In this document: positions 11,891 through 25,300 of the stretch, in pieces
Layout of the letters: each line of letters opens with the position of its first letter
How positions within the stretch are numbered: the first letter of the stretch is position 1
Source: Paraspadella gotoi
Taxonomy: Eukaryota; Animalia; Chaetognatha
Length of the DNA: 64,000 nt
Assembly: GCA_051294375.1 (NCBI GenBank)
Contig: CM119265.1
Coordinates: forward strand, 12,571,564-12,635,563
Reading direction: 5' to 3'
Notes under the pieces: generated by a model
Told to the model about the DNA's origin: nothing
The model's database searches: none
Seen by the model: only the letters and a program-made list of their open reading frames with translations
Position numbers and translations under genes: made by a program

Positions 11891-14800
11891 ATGAATCCGA
11901 CGAACCTGCCTCCTTTCCTCACCCCGACGACGAACGGTGAGGTAAGCGTCTCGTCCGCCTTCGCCGCAGCTTCATCGTCCTCGGATTTCGCGGACAACTT
12001 CGTCGCCGGTAACGACACCTTCGCCGGCGCCTTCTTCAACGACACCTCCTTTCGCAACGCCTCGTCGAATCTAACGGATCGATCTTCGACGAGGAAAAAC
12101 AACAAAGGTACGCCGAGTTGAATTTTTTTTTTGTTTTTCCTCCTCGTATGATTTATTGTGGTTTCGGATTTCGGTTTTTTTTTCTCTTTTTTGTGCGTTG
12201 CTTTTGTTTTCTCGTCGTAACTTTAGCCAAAAAAAACAACAAAAAAGTTAACAATAAAACAAACAAAGAGAAGCTTTCATTCTCGTTTTCGACGCCAGTC
12301 TGTATTTCGATTTCTTGCTTATCTGTCAGGATGTCTTTGCTATAATTTACTATGTGGCAGATTTATGGTATTCGCTGGTAAACAGGTAAAATATTCGGGT
12401 CCAGAATTGGTGCGATAAAGCGATATAGTATTATTTTTAAAGCTAAAGCTGTGGCCTCTAGTTGTTTAAGGGTTTAAGAGGCAATCGTGACGTATTCTCT
12501 ATTTTGTTCTTTTTTTTTCGAAAACAAATAGGAAAAAATGGTGGTGGGGAAATTAAATCACAATTTGAAAGGCAAACAGACGCTCAACATCAGTTTTCGG
12601 TCTTAATTTTTTGTTTTCCTTTTCGTGCGATGAGCGGGAAAGAAAATAAAGGGAGGGAAGACCGGGGGGAACGGGGTGTAAATAATTGTTAGGAACTTTG
12701 GTCGGTGAGGTATAAGGAAAGAGAGACTGTTGATGTGGAAAGCGAATGTGGAAGGTGAAAAAGTAAAGTGACAGAAGAAACTCGCGAGTGGGCGTGAAAG
12801 AAAAAGGAGGATTGGGTTGGAACAATGAAATGGGTGGAATTTTATAGTGGGAAAGCACTACGGAAGGAGGAGTAAGTGGAGGAGAGGAGACAAGAACGAA
12901 AAGTAGGTCGAAATGGAAACAGTAAACTGGGGGGAGCTATAACAGTAATTTGAGGTGGAAAGAGATTTATTTTTCATTAAATAGGTTAAAAAGCTGATTT
13001 TGAGATGAAACACCTGAAAGATATTGTTCACCTATAAAGAAAGTACTGGATTCTATTTTGAGAAATACGCGGTGAGAAAATGAAGCTATGAAGAAGGTGG
13101 TTAAATAAAAGTGTAAAAGAAACTGAATTAATGGATATATAATATATATAATTATATGTCGATACATATTTTTGTGAGCCCTGAGCACAGACCTAAAGAC
13201 TGAAGGAGGCGACGAAAAAAAAAACCCATCGACCCGAAGTTAATTTTCACGCACCGAAAATAAGGCTCCTTGTGAATTATAGTCACGGTAGAGACTGGGC
13301 GAACAGGGTTATTAAATTCGAAATATTTACTACACATATATTAAATTCGCAAACGATTCACATATTCTGGAGTTAAAAAACCCATACGGATGTACAGAGT
13401 TTTTGTGCCATAATTCAGTCAACTTCTCATCGCCAGTAATTATTCACCCCTTAATTTAGACCTTCGTCGCTATCACAACGACTTATTGAGTTATCCAAAC
13501 CGGATCTTTATCAAAACAATCCTAAACTGAATTGTTATTTGATGTTTCCCGTCGTCTCTCTTTTTCCCCCGAAAGTTATTTTCAACAAAAGACGTCATTC
13601 TCTCCCGTCGACGTTCCCTGTCCATTTTTTCCCGGCCTCTAAATAAAAAAAAACCAAAACTTCTAATTCGATAAAGAAGCGGATTAGCTATCGTTAGACA
13701 CTAAGGCCGAAATCCGCGTACTAGAAAATACTATGTATGTGCAATCGGAAAAAATTCAAAAGAGAAAAAAAAGGGTCAACGATGCGTCCATAATTATGTT
13801 GACTAATTATTTATAACTGCAATTTAAAGAGACTTAATTATTTCGCTCGGTTAGCTATTTGCGACGGTTAAATACCGAACAAATATTACAGAGATTCGGC
13901 GTTTTTTAACTCATCTCGTACGAGTAGAAAAAAAAGTTCCATAGAGGGTGCGTGATCGCATCTAAAAAATCACGGCCAAAAGCTAATATCGCCGCCTTGA
14001 AAAAAACAATTGAACGTCACAAACCGAAACGCGTTCTTCGACTCGAAACCAGTCTCCGGCTCATCTCCCTTTAACTTTCCTTCACCCTCAATTTGTTTTA
14101 ATCGGATTTAACGATTTACGATTTAATTTCGAATTTGAAAGAAAAAAAAAATTACGATTTTCGCTCGTGGGTGACGAAGACGTGGAGAATGTTAGACGTG
14201 CGATTTCGAGCTACATTTTAATTGAGGTTAGAGGGTTGATTACGAAATTTATTCCTGTTATAATTAACTATAATTTGGACAAGAATTTTTATATTTCTAG
14301 TAGAAGGTGCAACGATATCGATATCTTTGAAAATTTCTTCTCCCTTCATTTATTCATAATTTATGGTTAATTTATAAATCAACGCAAAGCCAAAAGAACA
14401 AGGGACAAAAGGTAGAAAAAATACTTTTATTAAAACGTAATATGTTCATTGTTGAATCGGCATGCCTTTGTCCTATGAATCAGATGCCATGCTCTCGATT
14501 CATTGCTTCCTGCCTTTCCTATTTCAACCCATATCATGTTCATTTAATTACTGTCTGGATAAATTAAGTCTCCGAATATTTGACATCCGTTTGATATCGA
14601 TGGTTTATTGGCTCGGACAAGACGGTGGGGTCCCGACTCTTAATGAAGAAAAAGTTCAATTATGGCCCGTATTAGGCGACAAAATATGGTTTTCGAATGC
14701 ATATATTTCAAACAGCGATGGTCCTTTGTTTCATTAAAACATCTCGGCAACAACGACAACCAGCCTCGTCATGTCTGGCCTTGTTGTTGTCTCGCCGCAC

Positions 14801-17800
14801 CTCTTCCAATGTCATCTTCGGTCGAAGAGATGAATCAAGTTGAGAGCCGAGGTTAAAATCTGACAGATATCTCGCCTCTTGGGTCAAAAGGCGAAGAGAC
14901 CTTCCAAGTGGGAAAATGGAGATGACGAAAAAAGGGGCGACCATCGAAAGTCCGACCTCCACTTTTCGGATTTGTGATACTCGGTTCAGCCGGTTTTCTC
15001 AATACTATTGTAAAGAAAATGTGTAAAATTTTAAAATTCTCCGATTTACAAGGAAATAGTTTTTTTTTCTTTTTACTTATTTCAATATTTTTAAAATACC
15101 TTTACAATATATATTTATTTTGCAATCTCATTGTTAAAATTTCAGTTTCTCATTGCTGATTTTATAAGTTTTCATTTTCTCATTTTGGTTTATGTTTTAA
15201 ATTTACTTTCATAGTATTTATATAATTTATTAATCCCTGCTAATAATACTTGTGTTTTGTCTCCTGACTTTTTTGTTTTTACTCACACCTTTCACCTGAC
15301 CTTTCACCTGTCCTCCGTCGGAAGCTTTGGTCNNNNNNNNNNGTAATTAAAACCGAGGGAAAGGCTCCTCTTAAATTTTTCAAACTGCCTGCAGAGTTAC
15401 TACAAACACTTTTCCCATCGTTAATGTTTTTTTTTTCTTTTTAGCTAACGAGTGGTTTTTAGCGATGAAGACGACGAGGCTGATGAAAGAAACTTTTTGA
15501 AAACCGGTTNNNNNNNNNNGTTAAGTTTCCCGGTTAAAAATTTTGGGAAAATTTGGCAACTATGTTTCAGTAACTAAGTATGGGAAAAAGAAAAGTGTTT
15601 GGCTCCATCCCTCCACATGATTTGACCTAATTTTTTTCTTCATCGAAATGGCTCTTTAATGATGTAATTAAAACCGAGGAACGCGAGAGGAAAGGCTCCT
15701 CTTAAATTTTCAAACTGCCTGCAGAGTTACTACAAACACTTTTCCCCATCGTTAATGTTTTTTTTTCTTTTTAGCTAACGAGTGGTTTTAGCGATGAAGA
15801 CGACGAGGCTGATGAAAGAAACTAACCGGTTGTAGTTTTGTTATTTTGTTGTTGTTATTCATGTCAGTACAGATCCAAGAGTTCTAACTCGCTTTTTTTC
15901 AATTTAATCAATCGCCGCAGAACTTGACTTAAAACAATATTCGTTAAGTTGCCATAGGCCTAGATTACGATTTTTTTTCCTCGTTCAGAGATTATACGAT
16001 AAATATTTTGGTTATTTCTGATATATATTTGTTTTAATCTAAAAATATTTTTTTTCCGACATCAAACATATATTCAATATTCATCTATTATCATCTATTG
16101 CCATCTATCGACGAACTTAAAACTCAATCTTCCGTCATTTTTCTCAGACGAAGAGAGGCGATTCCCCGGAGTGAAAATCTTGCCACCCCCTAGAGCCAAG
16201 TCTGACACTCCTCCAGGGCGCTGTGAAAGTCTGAAAGTGCTTCTGTAACAGTGGAGTGCGCTGTCGGCATCTATCGTATTGGCGCCCCCCCTTGAAGGGA
16301 TGCATTGGCGCGTACCTGAATCTTGAAACACTCAATTGGGAAGAGGGGTAAAGTTACTGCCTCTAAGGATCCCGCTGCCCCCACCTCCCTTCCTTTCCTC
16401 CCCCGCACCTTGCGAGAGATGCACCTCCTTCCTTCCCTCTTTTCAGATTCTTTATCTCTTTCATCTAGATTTCCGCTCTCGTTATCTTTCATTCGAAATG
16501 AAGTTAAATTCTATGATTTCAATTTTTTTTTTAATAGAAAAATCGTATTTTTCAGTGCAAAAAAAAAAACGTACCTATGATGTGCCTAGGACTTCTTTAA
16601 AATCTTAAAAATCTCGGACGTTGAAATCATTCTTGTACTGTGCAAAAAATTAGGATACTCTTCAAACCTATTTTTTTTATGCACATATTATAAAAAATTA
16701 TGAATGATAAATGTAGATTTTGAAATGGAAACCCATGTGTAAGCTAAGTTAAAAGAAAATCGGTCTAAGCATTCAAGAACTATATATATATGCGATTTTA
16801 TTCGAATACAACGAGGTTGATTCAGTACAATCATCATCAACAAACAAACAAACATTGACTAAGTCTGAGCAAACAAAAAACATTATAAAATAAAGAGCAA
16901 AAACAGTTAATTAAATAAAATAAATTAATTAAAATTTAAACAATTAAAAATTGTTTTTATGTTAGCTCCTAAAAGACAAATGGTCAAAAATATTCATCAT
17001 TTTAGTCACTACAAAAAACATTTTTGAATATCTGCCGAAAACCGAAGATACTTTTTAGCTTTAATTTATGGGCAATTGGGCATGGTATTTATGTTTTCTA
17101 AAAATATGAATAGGAAATAAGGACTTTTGAAAAATAAATTCATTTGGGTAACTTAAAAGAAATGGGTCCAGTCATTCCAGAGCAAAGAGGTTAAAAATAC
17201 CTTAATTTTCTTCTGCTCTGATATTCTGTTTGAGTATTTAGTAGTTGTAACCTAGAAGTTACTTTTCAAAAATCACTGCTTCGTAACGGATACCCACGTA
17301 TTAACCAAATTTCTACCAATAGTTCCATTTTCTATGAATATAAATATTATCATATATAATATAATACTTATAACATCTTTCATTTTAAAGGAATCTAACT
17401 TGCTTTATTTTCATGTTTTTTTTTCACAGGACTGTAGTTCGTTTCTTCATAAATGTTTTTAAACCTCGTTTTTAAATGTTTTTAAAATGTTCTTAAAACC
17501 GCCGCTTTCTTTAAAGTTCCTCAATAAAAACTTAAATCAAGTTAAAGTCGGTTTAAAAGGCGGAACAGTTGCGGATATCGAATGTCATCAAATCGTCTGT
17601 TTAAATTCAATTTGATCGACTGGGCGTCGAAAAAAAAAATTTCCGAATATATCGATCGCTCTATTTTTCGTATCTCGATCATTCCATTATATTTTTTCAA
17701 CCGCCGATTCCCTTTTGTTTCCCTCTATCCTCGTCCCGCCAGATGCGCTGCTGATGGTCGACCTCTACGTCTCCTCGGGCGTGGCCTTCCTGGGAATCGT

Positions 17801-19425
17801 CTCCAGCGTTCTCAACGCCGTCGTCTGGAGGAAGAAGTTCAAAGACTCTGGATCCAAATCGCGGACTGCCTACATCTTCTGCGTCATTTCAATCGTCGAC
17901 GCACTTTACTCCGTCTTTTACATCCTCAAGTACAGCCTGCACAGGTCGGTGATGTTTTATCTTTTGTGGTTCAACTTTGCTGCTTCGCAATAAAAAATGT
18001 TTGTCGCATTACTATTTCCAAGGATTGTGACTTTAATGTAAATATGTGTACGAATCCAATGTATTTAATCGTTTACGCGCTTAATTTTTATCGAATTGTC
18101 CAAATTCTTCCCAATTTAAAAAAAAAAACTTTGGGATAAATCATGTAGATGTTCCGAGATCGTAAAATTTTAGTTTTGAGCTGACGTTCATCTCCTGTTT
18201 TTCGTCTTTTTGCGATTGTTTCAACGATTTACTTTTTATAATATTAATGCTAGAAATATTTTTCTTTCATGTCCACTGAATAACGTCATCCGCCACTCCC
18301 TCTGACAGCATCAAAGACGGTTTTCCCTCCACCACTCCATTCTTTTGCGGCATCGACTACGAAAATCTTCGCTACTTCGTGCTGCAACCGGCCAAAGAGA
18401 TTCTCTGCTCCTGCTCAGTCTGGTTCACCGTCGTCCTCTGCCTCGAACGCTACCTCTCCATCGCCAAGCCCCTCAGGTACGCAAGGCTTCGTCGATCCTT
18501 CTCTTTATCACCCTCGCCTCTGCTTCACCCTCTCTCTCACCCAGATTCGCGGCGCTGGTGACTCATCGTCGCGTGAAACAGTCACTCGTCGTCGTCGCCT
18601 TCGTTTGCGTCTGTCTCGACATTCCGCTTTTCTTCGAGTATAAATACAACGACAAAGATTGCAGGTAGTCATATTTTTTTCTCGCGATACAGAGCACGAA
18701 AAGGTCACACTATTCGAGTGTTTGTAAGAAAAAAAAATCGAAAAAATCTTTTCTGTATTTGAATTATTTACTATTTATGAGTTGAACTTTTTTGAGAGTA
18801 AGGACTGAAATCGCGATTACTAATTCTTAGACTAAGTGTAGAAAATTTCAGTTCTTCAAATTCTTTAACCTTGCATCCAATATGACCATCTGTTGAAAAT
18901 TAGTGAATACCTAAAATTCCCTTCACAAATATCATTCTCCGATTGATTGATTAATGGATCGATTGGTTTCATCTCTCCCAGCAAACCCAGCAAATCCCCT
19001 ATGCGGGAATCCGACGCCTACATCATCGTCTACAGGGTCGTCATCGAGCATCTCCTCAAATTCATGGTTCCCTTCATCCTCATGACGACGCTCAACATCC
19101 GTATTATCCTGCTCATGCGTCAGTCCACATCGCGTCATCGCGAGACGACGCAGTTCAAGAAGAAACACTCTACGCCATCCACCGACTTTTCCGGCGTCAC
19201 CATGCCGCTCAGCGAGGACGCCTCCTCCACCACGCTCAATCTGCAGGCGACGACAGAGATATCCTCCGTGAATTCCGCCGCCCGGCAGCCGCTGCAGATG
19301 CAGAATCATCATCAGCGGCCGGAGCAGCTGCAGCGTCTCTCCAGCAACGGCTGCGTCAAGGAAGACAGGAGGGTGTCGTGGGTGGATCTTTTCAAGAAGG
19401 CCAGACCCAAGTCGATGAGGCGAAC

Positions 19426-19491
<66 letters not shown>

Positions 19492-20176
19492 CCACTTTAT
19501 TTTCCCTTTTTTTAGGACGAAACTTGCCCCAGCTTGCCGCGGTCACACCCCCAACTCGAAAGAAAGTCATCTCTTCTTTACGTCGAAGAACAAAACAACA
19601 AATTGAGGTAAAATAATTTACGACTTTCGTGTTTCGCTTTTTTTTTTCAACTTATTTGCCTCCTTCTCCAGCTTCGTGAGCGCCTGCTACATAACCCTCT
19701 TTTTGATCTTCATCCTGCCCAACGTCATGCGGCGGGCAGTTTGGGCTGCGAAAGATGATTGGGCTAAATTGGGCTTCGACAAAAATGTGAGTTCACATGA
19801 GTTTCAAGAAAAAAACAAAAAAAACTAGAGTGCAACCATGCGGGTTCGAAAAAAAAAAGTAAAATGAATGCGGGATGATGGCGTATTGGCATTAACCTTA
19901 TTCCCATTCTGGTTACATTTCTCATTCCTAGCTCTTTGCCCATTTTCCAAATTAATTTATCTTGTTCCGCTCCTTTTTTTCTTTCTCCTTTTTTTCTTAA
20001 TTTATCTCCTTTTCCCTAATCAATTTCCCTTTACTCGTCGTCAGGCGATGAACGTGTTTCGATCGATCTCGTATTTCCTCGACGCGATTCGTCCTTCCTC
20101 CGACTTTATCCTCTACCTCGTCGTCTCCTCGCAGTTCCGACAGACATTCCTCGCTCTCTTCTCCAAGAGGGTTTGA
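11891..20176 (+). CDS. Rhodopsin-like (class A) GPCR, FMRFamide/sex-peptide receptor-like group (~497 aa, 8 coding exons)
   Basis: Exons 11891-12107, 17743-17944, 18309-18476, 18545-18664, 18982-19429, 19516-19607, 19672-19786, 20045-20176 are phase-consistent. N-terminal N-glycosylation sequons (NDT, NDT, NAS, NLT); TM3 SVWFTVVLCLERYLSIAKPLR; TM5 VPFILMTTLNIRII; TM7/H8 RPSSDFILYLVVSSQFRQTF. AATAAA at ~20458. Exon 1 is the least certain. Confidence 0.88.
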
Positions 20177-20877
20177 GAGAGAGAGAGAGAGAATTGACGC
20201 TCATTTCCCTCATCCCCTCCGCACTAAGATTATCTCGAGACTTTTTTTAACATTTTTGTCTCCAAATTTGGAAGTTCCAAGATCGATCTCGGAGAAGTGT
20301 TGACAAGAGATCGAAAAATTCCCTGTGGTCGCCTCGTTCCGTTTTAGGAATTTTTTCGTAGTTTTTTTTTTTTTCATGAGTCACTGTGTCGTAGCTGTAA
20401 TACTGTGCATTATTGACTTGAGTCATGCGATTCTAAGTGAGATTTAGTAACCGCAATGAATAAACATGAAGGGCTCTCGCGGACTTTAACCCGCAATATT
20501 CAGATTATGAATATAAGGGCATTATTTGTTTTGGTATTGGGCTTCCGAAATTATTAAATTATTAAATTTAAAAAAATCCATAGACATTTATTAGGCTTTG
20601 AAGGTAAAAGACCAACGAGATTATTGTATAAAACAATGTGTTTATTGTTACAAATCAAACGAGTTATGCAGAATTAATTACTGTGTTGAATTACCATAAA
20701 TATATAATTATAAATGTATTGACTTAATTGGATTAATATTTGACCTAAGCAAAAGAAGAATAGGAGCTCAGTTAGGTTGTAACTTGTAAGCGCTTAGTTC
20801 ACGTGTTTTCAAATTTTCTCACTGTCTCTTGTCGCAATCAAGTGTCTTGGAAAAAGATAATCAACCACAACGCGCTT

Positions 20878-21496
20878 GCGCGTTAAGGCGTAGTGAAAGT
20901 TACATACGAAAATTCTAAAAGTCAATTATGAACAACATACCATCAGTGAACATTAATTTGTAAAAAAAATAAATTTTATGTTTTTTAATTTTCGCAGTAG
21001 GCTATATTTATATATATCCTTATAAAATCGAAAAATTTCAAAATAGGCTTTTCTTAATTTTGATTGCAGATTTGAATTCCTCGTCAAAAGTTGATAAAAG
21101 AAAATATAAATCATTTTTAAAAACTCTTTCATTAAGTGGGTTAAAAATTAAAAAAACTATATTTAATATATAAACAGTTAATTTTCAGTTTAAAATATAG
21201 CTTTTTTTAATTTTTGACCCACTTAATGAAGGAATTTTTCAAAAAGAGTTATATTTCTTTTTACCAACTTTTTATGACGAATCCAAATCTGCAAAAAAAT
21301 CTTAGAAAAAACTGTTTTGAAATTTTAACATTTATTGGTTTAGTACTAGTATAAATATGGCCTACTGCGTAAATTGTAAAATTTATTAGAAATTTTTTTA
21401 TTACATAAATGTTCATTAGTATAATGTTGTTCGTTCCTCACTTTTAGAATTTTAATTAAAGTTAAATTTAGAAATTTTACTATGCCTTATTGCGCG
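20878..21496. mobile_element. Foldback/MITE-like diverged palindrome (~620 bp)
   Basis: Mirror pairs: gcgcgttaaggcgtagtgaaa / tttactatgccttattgcgcg; cgcagtaggctatatttata / ataaatatggcctactgcg; ttcattaagtgggttaaaaatt / aatttttgacccacttaatgaa; centre near 21175. Confidence 0.8.
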
Positions 21497-21801
21497 TCGA
21501 TGACCTAGAATTCTGGAGGATCAGAGGTCAAATCGTTCAAAATCCTTAGCCTTTCGACCTTCTTATTTATTGCTCCTAAAAAAATTAAAAATTGCTTTAC
21601 TGCCAAGTTATAACGAGACCCTTTTAGTCGCTCAGTCAAAACATATTTGAATATACCTAAAAGCTTACCATATAAGTGAAAATTAATAATTAACTAATAA
21701 AATTATCAATTTTAAAACAAACAACAACTATATGTTAATATGGCTAAGGAGTTAACGAGTCGTAGATCTGACAAAACTGTTGAAAGTTTTGAATGATTCA
21801 C

Positions 21802-21863
<62 letters not shown>

Positions 21864-22317
21864 CACGAAAATCTGACGCTACCATTAGCGTAAACAGGCG
21901 GCGTCATTTCCGACCGGAAGTCACGGTCAACGCCTCTTTCGCGCCTCGTTTGCCTTCGTCTTTGAAGCGACACGCGTTCGACCGGCGCGTGCGTCGTGGA
22001 CCGTGACCATTAGAAGCGGGTGCTTAGGAGTGGGGAAGTTAGTGAGTGTGATGCGTGAGGGTGAGTGCGACACACGAAGATGAATGAGACTCGCTTTGGA
22101 CTGAAATGAGGAGGTAATTTTTGCGGAGACCGCTCCGTTATTTACTTTAAAAAAAACTACTTAGATTTCAAAATATGTATTTCGAATATTTTTATTTTCA
22201 TCGATATTGCGAAATAAACAAGAATGCATTTATTCTTTTTATATCTATCTTAGTAATCTAGTATGGAGTCAAATAAAGCATTACTTTATTACTAAAAGTC
22301 GCGAGGCCCATGACCCA

Positions 22318-25300
22318 TTAGCCGATCTTTTTCCCGCCGGAAAATCCACGATCCGATCGATCATTCTCCGCCTCGCTACGGATTCCCTCGATAGCTTCGT
22401 CGTCGGACGGTTTAGGATCGCCCCACAGGCTACACTTGTCGCATTTAGAGCATCTCTGACTCAGATTCTCACGATGCTGGCAAAAGTGGTAGCCATGCTC
22501 ATCGTTATACCCTTTGACCAGGGGTTTCCGGCAAACGTAGCATAGAATTGCTCCACAGCGGCAGGGGATCTTGTTGCAGCCGGCCTCCTGAAGAGCATGA
22601 ACAGTAGGGTGTGTCAAAATCTAAAAGTTGTTTTGATCCTAATTTACATCTAACACGATGGGGCAGGGTCAAAATAAATAGGTTTGGACGAATCGCCATT
22701 CAAATTGGTCTAACACCCTTACGTCTACCCTTGCTTAAAGACAGTTTAGCACACCTTTCACATCATAAGTCACTGTGTCTAAAGTATGAGAGATTTTTGA
22801 CATCCACCTTAGTTTATTAGTTGAAAAAATGTGCAAAATTAACTATATTTAAAATTTTAAGTCTTTACTACATCTCGCGCTCCACAACAGCATCCACAAC
22901 CTGCTGGAGAATGTACAAGCCACTGCATTGATGGCATTATCTATGAAGTTGTGGAGGTAACCTTAATATTTTCCCAATAAATTTTATTCATAACATAGGT
23001 ACTCTTTGTAATTGAGCATCATTTTTTTTAAAAAATTGTGTAGTCATATCCTGGAGGATAAATCCTGTACAGATTCTTTTAAAAAATAAATTATGCACAA
23101 AATAGTCATCAATAATTTTTGTTATGGCATCAATCAATAAAGGTAAATGGGTTAGCAATGTATGCTAAATTTCATTTTGATTGACCATGTACTTTTCAAG
23201 ATAGACTGTTTTAAAGCATTTTCAAAAAAAAATTTTAAACACTGATGGTCAAAAAAATATTAAAATTATTTCTTCAAAAATGGCTTCATTAGTTGAGAAA
23301 AGACTTTAATTTTATATTTTAACCATAATTTCATGAACTTCAATATCAACATGCTTGTAAGAGGCATTCCTAAATTTTTGAAGGATGTGGACGAACGGTT
23401 GTGGCTGAAGATCAACATTAAAAAAAGCAATAAGATTTTGTTGTATATCAAAATTATTTTTTTTATTGATATTGGACTTACACTTTGACTTTTTCATTAG
23501 GGTGTATCCACATTTTCTTAGATACTTGGATGTTCAGACTGCTTGAAGGATTGTAAATCTGTATATGAATTTTTCAAAAAACAGTAAATAAACATAATTC
23601 ACTTTATCAGTCCATCGGTCCGTCCCTACAATCTCGTCGGGCATTCACTTATATGTCATAAAATCGAATTATGATTAATTATGCAAAGGAATGATGTCTT
23701 TCCGTCCGTCTGTCTGTATCTGTCCGTCCGTCCCCCTTAGCAAAACACACCAATTACTCGTGATTTGATGGATGGATTGGAAAGAAATTTGTGTCTGGGA
23801 CCTGGGTAGGAAATTGTGTGATTGAGTTTGGAAATCAAGTTCCATGGGAATCGTCCGAGTGGAAATGAGTTAAAATAGAAAAAAAACAACAAAAATATAT
23901 TCACTATTTGAATGCCAACTACTCATGAGTGTATGAGGCGATTTTGTATGTGGGTAGGAAAGTGTGTGATTGAGCAGGAAATAAAGTCTCAATGGAATTG
24001 TCTGAGTGGAAATGAGTTTATGTGGAAAAAAAACCTGTTTTACTAATTGATTATGCTTCTTTTTCTTTTTATATTAAATGTAAATTCAAGTTGTATTAAT
24101 TAATCAAATAATTCATTTAGTTAATCAATTAGTCAATTAAATAATCAATAACTAATTACTAAGTCAATTAATTAATAAATTGATTATTCAATCAATCAAT
24201 TTATCTATTATTTATTTAATCAATCTGTTTAAGCTGCCTCGGTTTAATATCAAAATTTTCTATTTTGGCTGACTTTCTCGTAGACGACAATCGAGAATCC
24301 AACGATGTTTTTAAATGTTTAATTCTTTCAAACAGATGGAGACGAGGAATAAAAACAGTTTCAATTGTTTGTCACAATAAACAACACGTTTAAAATTCAC
24401 TTAAAAACAGCTTAATAAACGACGTCGCGCTAAACGAGGCAACTGCCTCTTACTTTTCTTCAGTTTGTTGTGAGCCGCGAGATGTAGTAAAGACTTGAAA
24501 TTTTAATATAGTTAATTTTGCACATTTTTCAACTAATAAACTAAGGTGGACGTCAAAATCTCTCATACTTTAGACCAGTGACTCATGATGTGAAAGGTGT
24601 GCTAAACTGTCTTTAAGCAAGGGTAGACGTAAGGGTTTAGACCAATTTGAATGGCGATTCGTCCAAACCTATTTATTTTGACCCTGCCCCATCGTGTTAG
24701 ATGTAAATTAGGATCAAAACAACTTTTAGATTTTGACACACCCTAGCATGAACAGTTAAAAATCTATTTTAAAAGATAAAATTATTTTCGGTAGCATTGA
24801 TTGTATAAGTAGCGGTAGCCGACCAAATTTCAAATTTTAATGGGAACAGCATTAAACTAATCCATTATTGTATTAATTATTGTATTAAAAATATTTTTTT
24901 TGCAAAAATGTTCAGAACCATGAGAATTCGCTAATTAATATTATTATGAAATTGGTACAACCAATAAAAAATTATCCATTCATTTAATAAATAAGCTATC
25001 TTGCCCCTGACTTTGGACAGCGCTTTGGTGTTTAAGGCCTCCATCACTTTTACAAGATAATTACATAGCAGGTCCTGCAAGCTTTCAATCAAGACTCTCT
25101 CACAGTCTCGTTTATTCACTCCCAGAGTACCTGGCTTCCCTATCAATGAAGTGGAAAATATTTCAAAGAATGTTTCAATTGTATGAAAAGACCACTCCCT
25201 TAAGTATTAGATCGCGGAATACTTATTGTACTCCGCACTAGCATCAAAATACAAGGAGCTGAATTTTATGAAATTGGTACATCGCTATTGGTATATCGCT

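Noticed and set aside
14400-14990. Mixed-composition block with short ORFs inside GPCR intron 1
   Set aside because: No recognisable protein or TE motif
15333-15830. Direct duplication 15343-15509 / 15664-15830
   Set aside because: Bounded by 10-N gaps; most likely a scaffolding overlap artefact
18932-19570. 212 aa minus-strand ORF
   Set aside because: Antisense shadow of GPCR exon 5 plus a microsatellite
22890-23500. Possible transposase or captured gene fragment inside the TIR element
   Set aside because: Short stop-riddled frames with no recognisable DDE or other motif
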